DNA of 64,000 bases, taken from positions 10,754-74,753 of the forward strand of contig JBHGNT010000122.1 of the NCBI GenBank assembly GCA_043228905.1, given 5' to 3'. A program made the translations under genes and the position numbers. The stretch is from Azolla caroliniana. Its lineage: Eukaryota; Plantae; Polypodiophyta. Shown one piece after another: positions 49,873-64,000 of this stretch (position 1 is its first letter; each line of letters opens with the position of its first letter). The notes beneath the pieces were generated by a model that saw nothing but the letters and a program-made list of their open reading frames with translations, did no database searches and was not told where the DNA came from.

Positions 49873-52486
49873 ATGAAGATCACTTCCATTTTGGTCTTGA
49901 AATGCTCAGGTATCGATGCAGGATCTGAGCCAAAAATCCTTGCAAACGCGTCTGATGTCAGTCATTTTGGTTACTTCCAACGTTCAAGCGCAAAGGAATT
50001 CATAGTTTTTGTTGCTCGCACCATAGCCAAACGAACCCCGCCGGGCCAACGCCAATCTGTACAACAAGAAGGTGTTTTTTCCTACTTCTTCTCTTTTGCA
50101 TATCATGTGTTACTTTATTTCGATTCCTGGGGAGAGATCCTATGTTATGTCAATTAGAGGTAAATTGTATATGCTAGATTACTAGGGTTTGGGGGTGACC
50201 AATGTGGTGTACACGACTATATTTAATATCCTAATATAGCCATGAGCTTAGAAGAAGCTAGAGCTATGTCACCACTAATTACCAATCTAGGGTAAGAAAA
50301 GGTCCATAAAAAACCAGGATGATCATGTTTTGAATAACACTTTAGCTAATAAAGAAAAAGTCTATAAAAAACCAGGATGATCATGTTGTGAATAGCACTT
50401 TAGCTAATAAAGAAAAAGTCCATAAAAAACCAGGGTGATCATGTTATAAATAGCACTTTAGCTAATGAAGAAAAGGACCATAAAAAACTAGGGTTCCTAT
50501 TATTTCTGTAGACGATTATGATGGGGTTATTGGCCGAGGATTGCCTTATTATTCGGAGTTGATTCTTCTAGTGTAAGTACTTGATAATACCCAAATTACA
50601 GCCAGGAGCTCATGGTCCTAATCCATTGTTGAATGGCATATACTTTTTTGGTGGTTCTTATAGAAGATTCATGTGAAATGACATATTCTTAGTCACTGAG
50701 TTGATGGCATGATTAAGCTCATGCATAATTTTTTCTTGCACAAAAATTTTCACATTCAATTTGTGTGGAAATGGATCTCACCACACTGTGTAAGAAAGTT
50801 GTTGACCTTTGTAAGTACCTTATCCAGGCATTAATGAGACTTGATTTCCTAGAACATTCTAGTTATGGTTAATCTACTTTTATCTTAATTTTAATACTTC
50901 ATCTACTTAAAAGATGCTTATGAAATAAGTTATACATTCTTCTCTTTAGTGTGTATGGGATTGGCTCTTTTTGTGAACATTTTGTTGCCCATCATTCTCT
51001 CGCATTGCATTTTTAAGCTGTGCACAGTTGCTGGGACAGTAATGTCAATTCTTGTTTCTCTGTTTTGTTTCTCAACTTCATTAGGACATGTGCATTTGAT
51101 TGCGGTTACTTGACATTGTAATGTTTGTTTAGTCAAATATGGCTGTCAATTTTAATTGTTATGAATAATGATATTATGCACATTTAATCACATGCATAAT
51201 GATGAACCGAGTTTCTGTAACTTCTGCGGAGAGTGATGGGCATGCTTAACCACATTTCCAGCAGTAAGTAAGAGAAAGGCTGTCCACAAAATTATCTACA
51301 CATCAATGAATATTTATATTGAGAAACTTTGTTTATAATTCTCTTTCCATCTATTAATTTGTAACTTGTAATATTTTCGAAGTCATACATAAATTATTCT
51401 TCCATAATTTCAATTCCAGTTATGACATCTAATGAATAAATGATTGGTGCTTTGTTCCCTTTCTTACAGAGTATATGGTGCATGCTTACAATCGGAATGG
51501 ACTTTGTGGCATTACATTTGTAGATGCACAATATCCTATGAGGAGTGCCTTTTCAGTAGTGAGCAAGGTATTATATATTTGAAGATGATGATAATAGGAA
51601 GGTAGAAGATGATGTTTAATGCTATATGACTTTGTACATTTAATTTAAAACTCATCAATGCTACATAGAAAGCAGCAAGAGTTAACTTATTGTAATCATG
51701 GGAGTGATAAGATTGGTCCTATGAGAAAAGAACTGAACTAAGCATTGGCTCAATTATTGGAATGCTGTTAACATCATGTTTCAGTTCTTTGATGGACAAC
51801 AATTACAAGTTAAGGAGAGAATAGTAAGTTGTCTTAACGATGTCATCGAATGGCAGTGAGAGATCGACTTCTTGCAGGTTCTTGATGAATATGAGCGAGT
51901 ATTTGGAAATTCATGGCAAAGTATACAGTCTGATAATACTGATGTATGGCCATACCTTGATGAAGCCTTGGCAAAATTTCAGGTTTGTCGTGTTTAAACC
52001 TTATGATTGCCATGTAAGGTGGTGAACTTTCTTTGGTATCCTCTAATTTCAATTTTTTTGGGCTCCTGCAGGACCCTAGTGAAGCTGACAAACTGTTTAA
52101 GATACAGAAGGAATTGGATGAAACAAAGCATATCTTGGTAAAATTTATTGTGAAGAAACTTTGGGAGGAGAGAGAGAAGCAGTAATCTTGTTTATTGAAA
52201 ATTATGTTTTGTGTTTTGCAGCACAAAACTATTGACAGTGTTCTTGAAAGAGGAGAGAAATTAGATTCTCTTGTAGAAAAGAGCTCTGACCTTAGTATGG
52301 CATCACAGGTGTGGATTATGTTTTTTTATTCTTTTAATTATCTAATGAACACTTCTAGTATGTATTTAATATAATGTGTTTTTTCTTCTTTCTAATTTTC
52401 TTCAATCTAATAAGAGGTTTTTTGTGGACCTGCAGCTGTTCTATAAACAAGCCAAGAAAGCCAACCAGTGTTGCAGCATACTCTGA
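49873..52486 (+). CDS. YKT6: YKT6 longin R-SNARE, 6 exons
   Basis: Exons 49873-50071, 51470-51567, 51879-51982, 52072-52137, 52222-52308, 52436-52486. Motifs [12 protein letters not shown] and [25 protein letters not shown]; C-terminal prenylation motif CCSIL. Confidence 0.96.
50294..50494. repeat. 58 bp tandem repeat, about 3.4 copies, in YKT6 intron 1
   Basis: AAGAAAA(A/G)GTCCATAAAAAACCAGGATGATCATGTT...CACTTTAGCTAAT starts at 50294, 50352, 50410 and 50468. Confidence 0.9.
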
Positions 52487-54299
52487 AAATGGAAATGCGC
52501 TTCTAAATGCTATTTTTTAATGAAAATGGAAAGGTCGAATGACAGGCTACTTTGAAACTATGTATTGTAACCTGCAATGTAAGTTTCTCCTCTTTTAATA
52601 TTGCTTCAACTTACTATGTGTGTGTCGGATGGAAATTTTGGCAAATAACATGCATTATAAGTCTGAAATTAAATAAATCAACTGACCTATGCACAAAGTA
52701 ATGTTGATTTATTGTGCTTGTGTTTGCACCTTTATTAGTGAATTTATCCAATTTTGATGGATTTTAAAACTTGCATCTCATTTCAAGTTATAGGTCGTAA
52801 AATGAAAAGTACTTGTTTGCTAGATTGTACTTGTGGTTGATGAGGAACACTTCTTGGAAAAGATGCGTATCTTGGAAATAATAGTACGATACGGATACTT
52901 CTACGTGAAACAAGATTAGAATATAACATTGTTTGTTATGCCTTGTTCTTGATGTTATCAGATTGAATTGTGGGCTGTTTTTAGTGAATAACTTCTGGCA
53001 TATTAAGCAAATATCACAAGAAGAGGTGATGGTATTTACTTGCGTGATGTTGTCTATCTAGATCAATGTGGAGCTGGCTGAATAGAAAGTGTGTAATGCA
53101 TGATGAAACATGCTTGCATGAAATGTTGATAATGAAGGTGTCAGAAATATGAATTACTTGACCATTTTTTAGTTATCTTGGAATGCACACATCGAGCAAT
53201 GGATGATTTCTGATCCTTACCGTGACTGCAGTCGCTTATATTGAATCCTTTCATTGACATGATAAATCTTGCATATTTCATGGAAAGTTGGGTCTCATTA
53301 TTAAGTTTCTATTGAATGTTGCCTTTCCCATGTCTTTGGGCTATGGAGAACGACGTCATTAATAGTTGGGATATCATTAATAGTTGAACAGCTTGTATTT
53401 TGCCAAAGGAATAACAAATTTGACTTCAACACATGTCAGTCTATTGTCCACCCTTTGCAGAACGACAATAAAAAATGTTAGGATTCAATCACAAATGATA
53501 ATTTTAAGCCTTTTATTGAGCAATGTGAAGGTGATTTTTTGATATTATTTCAAGAGTTGTTGAGCTCTTGTAAGATGCCTAATTCATGTATTATGCTAAG
53601 GAATCAGAGCAAGAAGTTGTGGGTGGGTATATGATTTGTAAGTTCCTCATTTATTGCTCAACTTATGTCTTGTATGGATTTTGGTGCATGTTGGGGTTAG
53701 ATGTGGCGCAACATGTCTTGCTAAATGGTGGCACGACCAAGGAGGGATAGTCTGAAAAGGATATCCATTGAGCCCCTTATTGTTTGCAATTGTTATTCAC
53801 TTGTTTTAGTTACAGAATATCAGGAAATTGTTGGACTGTTGCTCATGTTAGTGAACAAGTGATAGTTCTATTTCTGACAGATTATTAGTTCTTCATTTCT
53901 GAAATCTTTAGCTAATAGATATATAGTTAAAGCCCTGGAAACATGTATAGTTGAAATACACCTAGTCAAGATTGGATGACATGACAATGTTTGTTCCATG
54001 TAGCTTACCCTATTGATGTTGATCTCATTATCTCAAAATGATATACTAGAAGTTGCATGCATGGCCATTTGTTATTTATTTGAAGTGGTTCACGTAATAA
54101 TGATCCCTCCGCTTCATTATTTTTTCCTTTGTTACCATGGACAAAGAGATCACTTGATTGATTAGGTTGTCCATTAAAATGCATATTATGGAAGAAAGAA
54201 TCAAGATTAGACATGAATGGATTTCATGGAGGAATATATGTACACAAAAGTAGCTAGTTGCAACAACCATATAGAATTTGAAAGGTCTTTGGTTGCTTA

Positions 54300-55450
54300 G
54301 AGCTTAAACTTCTTATAAGGTATGTGCATATGAACTCAACTACATGTACTTGCAAACACACTACTTGGGACATATATGTGTTAGATCCTACCACTTACTA
54401 AATGTATAGGAGATGCGATTACATTCAATGAAGTGGATGCCCTAGATATCCCATTGTATACCATTGCAAGTAATTTTCTACAAACAATTCCTTGTTCGTG
54501 TGAGCTAACTCTCATGATATTGTGTTCATCCTCTAAAATGTTGATGAGCTAACACCTAATCGCTATTATAAAATTGATGTCTCTATTATCTACAAAGTTA
54601 TAAATGAAGGATATGGATGAACTTCACAACCTCCTTGCCATCAAGATTATTAGCACACCTCATAAAATCTTGTTCTCTCGAAGACATGTTCAACTTATTG
54701 TTCAAATTTGGGAAAGCAGATTATATGTAGATCACAACCTCATTTGATCACAACTTTAAGATGCAAGAAAACTTTTGTTTCATTATTTCATAAATTGGCA
54801 TAGTATATGAAGTTGTCCATCTCCAATATACATGAGGACATTTTGATTCTCCAAAGTTGTTAGAATCTCCATTACATTGGAAGTCTAGTTTGATAAAGAC
54901 GACAAGAGGATGATTTGATGCTCTCTAATCATCGTAGCCATGGTTCAAAGCTGATTGTATTTTAGTCAAGACCCAAAGTGGATAAGTTCGGATGGAGCAT
55001 TTATATGGTGTGTTGGTGTTGGGAGGGCATTGCACATATACCTTGTGCCTTAGGAAGGAACAAAATAGAACCACTAGGTGGTAGTAGTAACTTGGATGCT
55101 TTGGTGGTAGTACATCATGACAAATGACAAGAAAATGACACACTCATATTGGACAAAAGTAGTAATTGCAATGATTTACGTCATGAATCAGGGTTAATGT
55201 AGATGTGACTCCCCACGAGTGCTTTTATGGATGGAAGCCATACCTCTCACATTGACTTTTTTTTGGGTGCATTGGATATGCACATGTCTTAAACGAAGTA
55301 TGATCCAAGGTTGATCCCTAATTTCAAAGAGGTTATTTTTTAGGGCTACTCACTTCAACAATTGAGGTACAAGTGCTACACACCTTCTACGTGGTAAAGT
55401 TTTTGTAAGTTGCAATATCTGATTTGATGAATTGACATCATAATATGCCA
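54300..55450. mobile_element. Highly decayed Copia pol remnants
   Basis: Fragments resembling GCIGYAHV, IFLG and YKCY (integrase C-terminus) at 55260-55380; no long ORF. Confidence 0.4.
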
Positions 55451-56905
55451 TGAAGTTGTCTAATTTGTGGTGACCTAGTACACATAGTGTTGACTATAGA
55501 ATGTTGGAGGTGATATTGAAAACTTTACAGTTGATCACCACAACCATCATGATGATCATGCTAGGTTTGGAGGTAGAAAAGGAGATAGTAGTAGAAACAA
55601 GTGAGTATCATCATCAAAGACTAAATAATAATAATATTAATGAGATTTGTAGTGATTAGAATGTTACATAGATAGATTTCATTATTGTCACAAAAGGAGA
55701 CCAAAAATAACATTTTCACAAAAGAAATGGATCTTGTCCAAGGTGCAATTTGTTTTTCATTGAGGGGGCTTCATCAAATAGCATATAGCACCCTAAATCT
55801 GAAGCAAAAGTCAACATTGACAAATTAAATGTACTATCAAATTCATTATCAAAATGTAGTCATTTCAAAACCAATTGAGCGAGGGAGATGTCCTTGTCAA
55901 TGTCGATTAGGAAAACACCACCAATTACAATTGTTATGAATGGGAAGCTGATTGCTCAAGCTTAATCCATATTCTCCATAGAGCTCAATGTGAAACCCAG
56001 GCAAACAAGAATAAGAAATGACCTAAGGCAGCATGATAGAACTCAAAGAACTAAAAGAGTTTTTCAATTGAAGCTACTAGATTAGGAACCATTTACTTAG
56101 AATACAATGTCTATGTTTACAACAAGGGACAAGTCCACATATCACATGAAGATGGAATTGCATAAGCTTGTCCATACCACAACATAGAAGCTAGAGTGGA
56201 AGACAAATGTGCAAGAACCAAGGTATATATCACGAAACCAATGCCTTAAAAAGAGGGGGAAAAAAATTGCACCCCATTTGACCTTGTTGTTTCTACAAAA
56301 CCATGCAAGTCTAGTTACACAATATGTAAAGCCCAATTATAGGAAGAAGTCATGAGAACTCATGAAAAATTAACATGTCGACAATATTCTTTGTGGGCTT
56401 TAACACCTCTTTAGCCTAGTCTAATATTGCATTTTAGGTTTTCCCTCCAACGAATCTCTTTATGTTTGTTACATGTCATGTGAAATTGACAAGCTCAAAC
56501 ATGCCCTATTCTTTGAATGTGTGTTTAATATGACATGTTTGTTAAGATTTCTTAGTGGGTTTAAAATATGAATTTTTTTGTAGAGCGTGTAACATATGAT
56601 CGATGTCCATCCATGAAGTCTTGAACCTCTTTTTGTGTAGCAAGGAACATCTAGTTGGTGTCTGCCTATCCACCGTGAAGTCTTGAACTACTACTCAAAG
56701 GCCAAGTATTATTTAAAAGAAAGAGAGATGTAATTATTTCATGTGCACCCATTCAAAGCAAGTTGTGGTGTGTGTTTAATTTTTAAGATGGAGAGTTTCT
56801 AAGGTTGGGAATGCTAGGGAAGACCCATCAATTTTGCTTCTTTTTACTTAAACCCACTTTATTTTGCTTGTTGTGTATAAAAGGAACAAATGGGAGGAGA
56901 GTAAT

Positions 56906-56951
<46 letters not shown>

Positions 56952-56960
56952 CGCTAAATC

Positions 56961-58302
56961 ATGAGCATAAGAAGTGTAGTACTAGAGGGTGCAAGGAGGA
57001 GGAGGAGACGACATTCAAGCTCCCATGGCACTCGATCTCCTTCCATTCGAGTACATGAGAATGCACCCTATCATCATAAGGTGATGAATATGCATGTTTT
57101 CTTATCAATGTTTCCCCTCCATTCATTCAAATCATATATGTACCTGAATTCAATCGTTTCAATACACATGCCGGAAATTAATCTTTCTCATTTACGCCGA
57201 AAAAACATGTGGTAATTACCACTAAATTCATGGATAATTATAATTGTCATGTCATTCCCATACATAGTGTTACTATTATCTAGATATATGTTTATAATGG
57301 TAGTATAGTTGGGGACAAATAACAAGGTATATATTGGATGTGAATGGCTCTTAAGAAAGACATATGTTGCAATAAACAAAGGAGGGCTAACTAGCTTTTT
57401 GGATCAACAATATGGAGATACACCAGGAATATACAGGTATGGTGATTCCTGTTGATGATAGCTTGCGACAACGAGTTATGGCGGCAAGGCATCGTTTGGA
57501 CGAGAAATTGCTTGGATTATCATCATCAGTTAGAAGGCCAAGGCATGGATTCAATATAATTTCACAACTGTTTTTCATTTAGCCTCCATAGGCCTATGGC
57601 TCTTCATCACTCCAAGCTAGTGGCTACTATACTATTATAGCTTATACATAGTAGCTATTTGGTGTTAATGAAGTGTGACCATTGGCTACAACGGGCCATC
57701 TCCAAACCACTTAAGCACATTTACTAGTTAACTAATTAGTCAATCTCTCCTCCACGATATATTATTATGCAACTTCAATAGTAACAACAATGTTAACTTG
57801 AGTTTTCATGAAAATGGGGCAAACATTGATGAAATTTTGGAATCAAGTATTTTTAAGGGAACACAACTCCATGTAACTATGTATGTTTTAGTTTCGAATT
57901 CAAATGATGTTTCCTATAAATCAACATAATTATGCATATTTTCTTATAATATCTTATTATTTCATATATGAAAAGGAGACTCGACCAATTAATAAAGAAA
58001 CATTTCTCGAACACCCGTATCAATAGTGCACCAAGATAGCATACTCCTCTTCATCACAAACAAGAAGCAAATGAGCATGGGTTCGCAAACATGACAATGA
58101 GCATGGTTATGAGGAAAGAGTCCTTGTGGTTGGTGTTTCCAACGATGAGTGCCCTGTTTGCTTGGACGGCTTCTTGTCTGGAGAAATTGTGATGTATCTT
58201 CCATGTGATCACTATTTCCACAAGGCTTGCCTCATCCCTTCGCTCGAATTAGGCCATGGTCATTGCCCTTTCTGTAGGGGAAACTTCACACATGCTCGAT
58301 AA
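56961..58302 (+). pseudogene. RING-H2 E3 ligase (RHY1A-like) gene, apparently disrupted
   Basis: EGARRRRR at 56985, MAARHRLDEKL at 57478, and the RING ECPVCLDGFLSGEIVMYLPCDHYFHKACLIPSLELGHGHCPFCR at ~58147-58278. An in-frame TGA at 58072 precedes the RING, and the conserved Trp is replaced by Ser. Confidence 0.7.
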
Positions 58303-58663
58303 AAGGGATAATAAAGATATTGTGCATAGTACTTATAGAAAATCGTGATTGTACCATGTGGATACATGAATTTTTCATTTGGCCACTTCCATATTAATAT
58401 CTCATGGGTCAACTTGTAATCATATATAAGTGTTGGTCAAGTACACTAAGAAATCAATCATGGAGACCTGTTTATGGCAACGATGTACTACATGTTCTTA
58501 CATTAAGCATGACACAACTCTTTACACATTCTTTCTACTTTAGCAATATTAAACTAAAGAATGTTGTGCTCAAGAGTTTGGCATTCTAATTTCTCATCAA
58601 ATATTGAGACAAGTGTACGCCCTATTAGAGGACATTTAGTAAATATCCTCACAAAAGTCTCAA

Positions 58664-58715
<52 letters not shown>

Positions 58716-60187
58716 AATGCTACCATCGTCACACATTTTTCATTTTGTACACATTTCTATCGACAATGATATACTCCTATCAATGTACTTTGTCCACATG
58801 ATGCACAAACACATGAATCTCAACCATGACATATATATTGATAACATGCCCTAGTAAGAGCAAAGACATATCCCTTTACAATCAATACACCTTTATTTTA
58901 AGTTTGTGACTTGTTGATGCCTTAATGTAAAAAAACAAATACATGTAAGTATCATGTGGGTAGGTACATTTTCATGTTGTTGTAAGTGCATGCAGATTGT
59001 ATTCACGAGGCACTAGTGTTAATGGAAGATCATAAGAAAAAGAGTTTGCATGATGGTAGCTAGATGAAATTTCATATTTAATTATTATTTGTGGAAATGT
59101 TTTCCATAAACTTGCATTCCCTCATTTTCCTTTACTTCAAATTCTTTTCACATCTTTATCTTGAAAGAAATAACACATGGAATTGTAGATCATTTTTAAT
59201 TTGAATGGAAGCAACGAAACCTACACTTTGTCGACATCAAATAATAGTTCAATATTCATAGTACATACTGATTGTAACCCCCTCCCCCTCCCCCCCCCCA
59301 CCCAAAAAACAATGGATCTAAAGCCTTTTCTTCAAGAAGTTCATGGATCTCTTGATCCCAAAAGCTTCATTCCAACAAGTAGTGTAGGAGATTATACAAA
59401 AATATAATGATACTTAGGGATGCAAACCTTGCACTATCAGTGTTCCACGAATAATCAAAACCTCTTTTGATATGATATGATATGATATGATAATAATAGA
59501 CATCGCTTACGAGTTGGACTAAGCCACAATAATTCATACTTTTTTAAAATCCCGTTTTTGTAAAATCTTTGATCAAGAGGATGATGTAAACATTAAACTA
59601 TTGTTTTTTTGTTATTATATATTGATCTCCAATGTTTATCTTGAACAAAGTATGTTTTATTGCTAATTATTCTTGTCGTCACAAGATAAAAATCATACAC
59701 ATATTATCATGCGCATTTAAGACAAAAACTTGTAGCTTTGAAAACTACATACAATTTCATGTGTGTAGGAACAAAAATAAGCAATTTGAGATCAAAGGAA
59801 CTTGGGCTTGCATTAGTGGATGAAGATCATAAATTGCCCTATCCTTGAAATGTTTTTTTCGCAGCTAGGCACATATGTTGTGCATTTGTAACCTACATAC
59901 AATTTTATGCCAACTAGTGCAAAAGCAAACTAATTCAAAAACAAGATCCTTGGGCTTAACATTACTTTCTAGAGTTGTGTTTTTGAAGAGCCACTATGCA
60001 GATCGCAACATTCTAAGAATACTTGTTTATCTAACGAAGGTATAAGGATTATTGTAGATCAAGAATGGGGCCCTCCACCCACCCAACAAGGTGGGTGAGA
60101 AAGAAAGAGTAAGAAGAGATGTATAGATAAGTAGATTTCCTCTTAACATTCATAGAAATTGATTGTGGTGTGTGTGTGTGTGTGGGC

Positions 60188-60234
<47 letters not shown>

Positions 60235-60454
60235 CATGCATAAGTTACACAAAATGGTTATGGAGGAAGATTTGCTTGGACTAATAAGGTTGTTATCAAG
60301 GAAGCCATGATTTTCAAGGTCTCGTCAATGACCATATCGTGTTTTTGGCACCTAATCGGGAAAATATTAGTAAGACACGAGATGTGGGGGAATTGTTTTC
60401 AAATGCTTCAAGATTGCGAATTAATATGCATAAATCTATCCTCATTACATGTAT

Positions 60455-61056
60455 AGAATTAGAATTTTTATCATCCATAAAGACGACAAATTTGACCTAT
60501 GGGACGAGAGTATACATGTGTTCTTAATATGTGTCTCCTTCCTAAGAAGGGGTATTCATACATTGAAGCACAATGTCTCTATGTGTGAGTAAAGCATACA
60601 CATATTAGCTCAACCTTCTAGGTATGTCACTTAAGTTATCACTCCCTCTTAGTATGTTAGCATATCTTGAACAAATTGCACTATATGTGGAGCATGTGAA
60701 GAGCAAGTGACATTCACCCTCTACTATGCCTTCATTGCATACTTTACATGACTTGAAATTCGTTACATTTTGATACCATGATGCAACTTCAATACCTAAC
60801 TTGTGTGATCGAGTGTGAAGTAGTGTAAGGGCTCTACGAGCATTACTACTCATATTGCTAATGAGTTAAGGTTGGATACGATCAATAAGCATTCTTGCTT
60901 TATATAGAGACCAACATTCACGGTTGACATTTGCAATGTAGTATTCTAGCTTCATCCTTTTAGCATCTTCCCACTTCATCCTTAACGATTCCACCAACCT
61001 TTCCTCAATCGTTACATATTGCATAACATTGCACAAAAGCTCTAAAAGATCATCCA

Positions 61057-61133
<77 letters not shown>

Positions 61134-61622
61134 AATGTCTTCTAAGACCAAGTTTGTCCCATGAGACAATTGGTTACAACAAATGGGATGTGTACCCAAT
61201 TTTCGAAAATAAAAGAAGTTAAACATAGATAAAAGAGTTTTAGTATGGTACAAAAGATGATATGGTGTAACATATTCTATAAAGGAAATGACCATGTGCT
61301 AGGACTAGTTTCATTTCCATCCTTAATGATTCCACCAACCTTTCCTCAATCATTACACAATGCATAACATTGCCCGAAAGCTCTAAAAGATCATCCACAC
61401 CCCATCTTCTAAACCATTTCCTTATGTCAAAAATCCAACCATATGAGAGAATCTTACTTTTATGATTCTTTTGTAGCTTACATCCAACATTTCAAGCAAT
61501 ATGTGGTAATCGATGATTTGGCATATTCTTGACTTTTGTAATGTATTTATATACTCTTTGGAGTGCCAATATTTCTATGGGTCAAACACCTGTTTCCAAG
61601 AGCATAACTTGGTAAGAGGTAG
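60455..61622 (-). mobile_element. Degenerate RTE-like LINE 3' region(s), interrupted by the Copia copy
   Basis: The tail AGAATTAGAATTTTTATC..CATAAAGA matches 45880. Contains CKVCNEGIVEGECHLLFTCSTY. The block 61130-61320 resembles the 3' UTR at 46025-46235. Confidence 0.75.
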
Positions 61623-61790
61623 TGTCGAATACAAGTGTATAATGGACGTATTCACACTATCCCTTTAGGCCATTTGTGTAATTAGCATAAAGGGTAGTTG
61701 CCCTAAGTCGGTCACTATATATAGTGACCTTGTAACCTTTTTGTAAGGTTGGGTGTTGTATTATTGTCTCATGCAATAAGAAAGTCTTTT

Positions 61791-61848
<58 letters not shown>

Positions 61849-64000
61849 ACGATCTATGATTCTGTTATACGCAGGTACTCAACAGCAATCGAATGCTTCT
61901 TGATCTTCCGCATAGACGACCTCGTCTACAACATCTGGTATCAGAGCCTGCACAGTATTCGGTCCTTCAATCCGTTGTCGGACGTCGTCTCAGCCAGCAC
62001 AACATTCGGTTTCCTGCGTCATTCGAAGAAGAGAGAAGAAGAAGAGAAACGAGGCTTGCATCTCATCGCGTTAGATCATCTTCGCTTGGAGTAAGCCAGC
62101 AGGTTGTACTCTGTCCCTTGTGATCGTAACCGCTCGAGGTGAAATCCCCTTGTGCAACATTGACACGATCGTGCTCCACCCGGTTAAACGGCATCCGAAG
62201 AGGTAATCAAACGCCGCTCATTGTAACCACTCGGTGCAGATCGGTCTTAAGACAACAACCCCAAATTCGTGCTTCATCTGGCTGATCGACATTCGGGAGG
62301 ATCAGTTGGATCCGTCTCTCTCGTTGCTGCAGTCAACCGAAGCAGAATCGGTCCAGATAATCGGTTTCAATAATCGGTATTCGGCATATATATCCGAAGC
62401 GAACCGGGCTCACTCCGACTCGGCAACATTCGGGAAGACCAGTCGGTTCTGTCCCTCAAGTTACCGGAGTCAATTCGAGCAAGTTCAACAATACATATAT
62501 CCGAAGCCGAACCGACTCGGGTTCAAATCCGACTAGAACGATATCGGGTGAGCCAACCGGCTGCACCTCAACAAGGTTCGTAGTCAACTCCGAACCGAGC
62601 TCCGTCAACCGAAACCAAATTTGATGGCATCAACATCCGGCTCGTCAGAAATGAGTCTACGCAAGTTCGATGGATCGAACTTCAACTTCTGGAAGGAACA
62701 AATGCAGGACTATCTCATAGTCAAGGGGCAAATCGATCCCATCGAAAATGAAGAACCTCCAGAAGGATACAAACCAATTGAGTGGCAGAAGCTGGACAGA
62801 ATCGTCCGCGCCACGATTCGGATGCACCTATCGGAATCGGTATACTTTACGGTGCAATCGTGTACGACAGCATTCGAACTGTGGAAAACACTGTCGGACA
62901 CTTACGAAAAGAAGGTCGCCGCAACAAAGATGTTTCTGATCCGGCGCCTCTACAACTTGCGGATGAAAGAATCCGACTCGGTTCAAGCACACCTCAATGA
63001 GTACGAAAGCATAAGCTCCCAAATCTCGTCACAGGGGACGGCAATCGAGGATGAACTCAGAGCAATGATACTCATGAGTAGCCTTCCCTCATCATGGGAA
63101 ACTTTCGTCACAACCGTGTGCAACGCGTCAACCACGACTGTTAAATACTCCGAAGTCACGAGCGCAATCCTGACCGAAGCAGCTCGGAGAAAGTCTTTCG
63201 CCAAAGACTCAACAGACGACGCTTATATAGTACAAGGTTCGACAGACCGATCGAACATACGAGGAAGAGATTCCTCACGGCCGCCGAACAATCAGCGAAG
63301 ACGGAGCCAGTCACGGGATAACCGATTCTGCAACTATTGCAAGAAACCCGGACACATCAAAGCCGACTGCCGCGCACTCAAGAACAAGAACAACAAGAAG
63401 AGTGGCCGGCATGAGGAGATCAATTACGTCAGCTTCTCAGCTGATGTGCTACCAGACGACCCGAATATACTATCAATCGAAAATCCAGTCGGATCAGAAG
63501 TTCTACTCACGACTGAAGAGTCGAGCACATGGCTCTTAGATTCGGGTGTGATGCGGCTGCTTGTTTGCCATACTGGCAATGCTCGCAGAATTGATGGTCG
63601 GAGAAGGAGAGTTTGGGGATGTATCCGGCTCTAGATAGATGCGTAATGCCGGCCTTGCTGAGGTGTCCTAATCTTCTGTGCCATAGTGATGACACAGGAA
63701 TATCCACCAAAAACAGGTTACCCTCTTTGAGCGTAACATGTAACGGATACAGTGAGTGTATCTTGGGTCCTCTAGCAAGCAGGAGGTTCCCCCTGTGGAG
63801 TGTCCACCCTCCCGAAGAAAAACCGGCACGAATGCCGTCTTCATCTAGTTGTCCGACTGAGATCAATGGCCTTGAGAGCTCGGGTACATGTCGGACATTG
63901 TGGAGTACAAGTGTAGAGCCCCCTGCAAGGTTGAGCTCTACTGTGCCGATTCCGATGATGTCACAGTGTTGTGAGTTGCCGACTCGAACTGAGTCGGAGT
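61623..64000 (+). mobile_element. Second copy of the young Copia family (5' LTR, PBS, leader, gag), with an internal inversion; runs off the window
   Basis: LTR 61623-61933 is homologous to 21911-22223. PBS TGGTATCAGAGC at 61936. From 63547 the sequence is the reverse complement of 27131 back to 26679. Confidence 0.95.
62621..63546 (+). CDS. Copia Gag (full capsid region and Zn knuckle) and start of protease, broken at the inversion
   Basis: KFDGSNFNFWKEQM, LSSLP-type motif MSSLPSSWE, CNYCKKPGHIKADC and WLLDSG. Confidence 0.92.

Noticed and set aside
50294-50494. 58 bp repeats, and the 25413-25605 repeats, as a CRISPR-like array
   Set aside because: No unique spacers, eukaryotic context and no cas genes.
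9114-52486. SYP4 and YKT6, both TGN SNAREs, as a functional gene cluster
   Set aside because: They are ~36 kb apart and separated by unrelated genes and transposons; there is no evidence beyond coincidence without synteny data.

Overview
Eukaryotic land-plant nuclear DNA: GT-AG introns, many (GA)n/(CT)n microsatellites and a high transposon content. The host species cannot be determined from the sequence. Host genes are a SYP4-type Qa-SNARE (-), cyclin T1 (+), peroxisomal delta3,5-delta2,4-dienoyl-CoA isomerase (-), YKT6 R-SNARE (+) and a decayed RING-H2 gene. Mobile DNA includes a solo LTR, an old Copia element, RTE-like LINE copies, tRNA-derived repeats and two copies of a young Copia family. 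The main observation is the young Copia at 21911-30251 (near-identical LTRs, GTTGT TSD, intact pol). Compared with its sister copy at 61623+, about 1.04 kb of leader and gag is replaced by a 3.8 kb endonuclease-less Penelope-like retroelement (PLE) cassette. That cassette has an ORF1, a canonical -1 frameshift signal (A_AAA_AAC, 7-nt spacer, 8-bp GC hairpin), a PLE reverse transcriptase lacking its own upstream ATG, a TATA box and a minimal type I hammerhead ribozyme. The result is one LTR-bounded unit encoding two unrelated reverse transcriptases. All calls were read by eye; no database searches were run.
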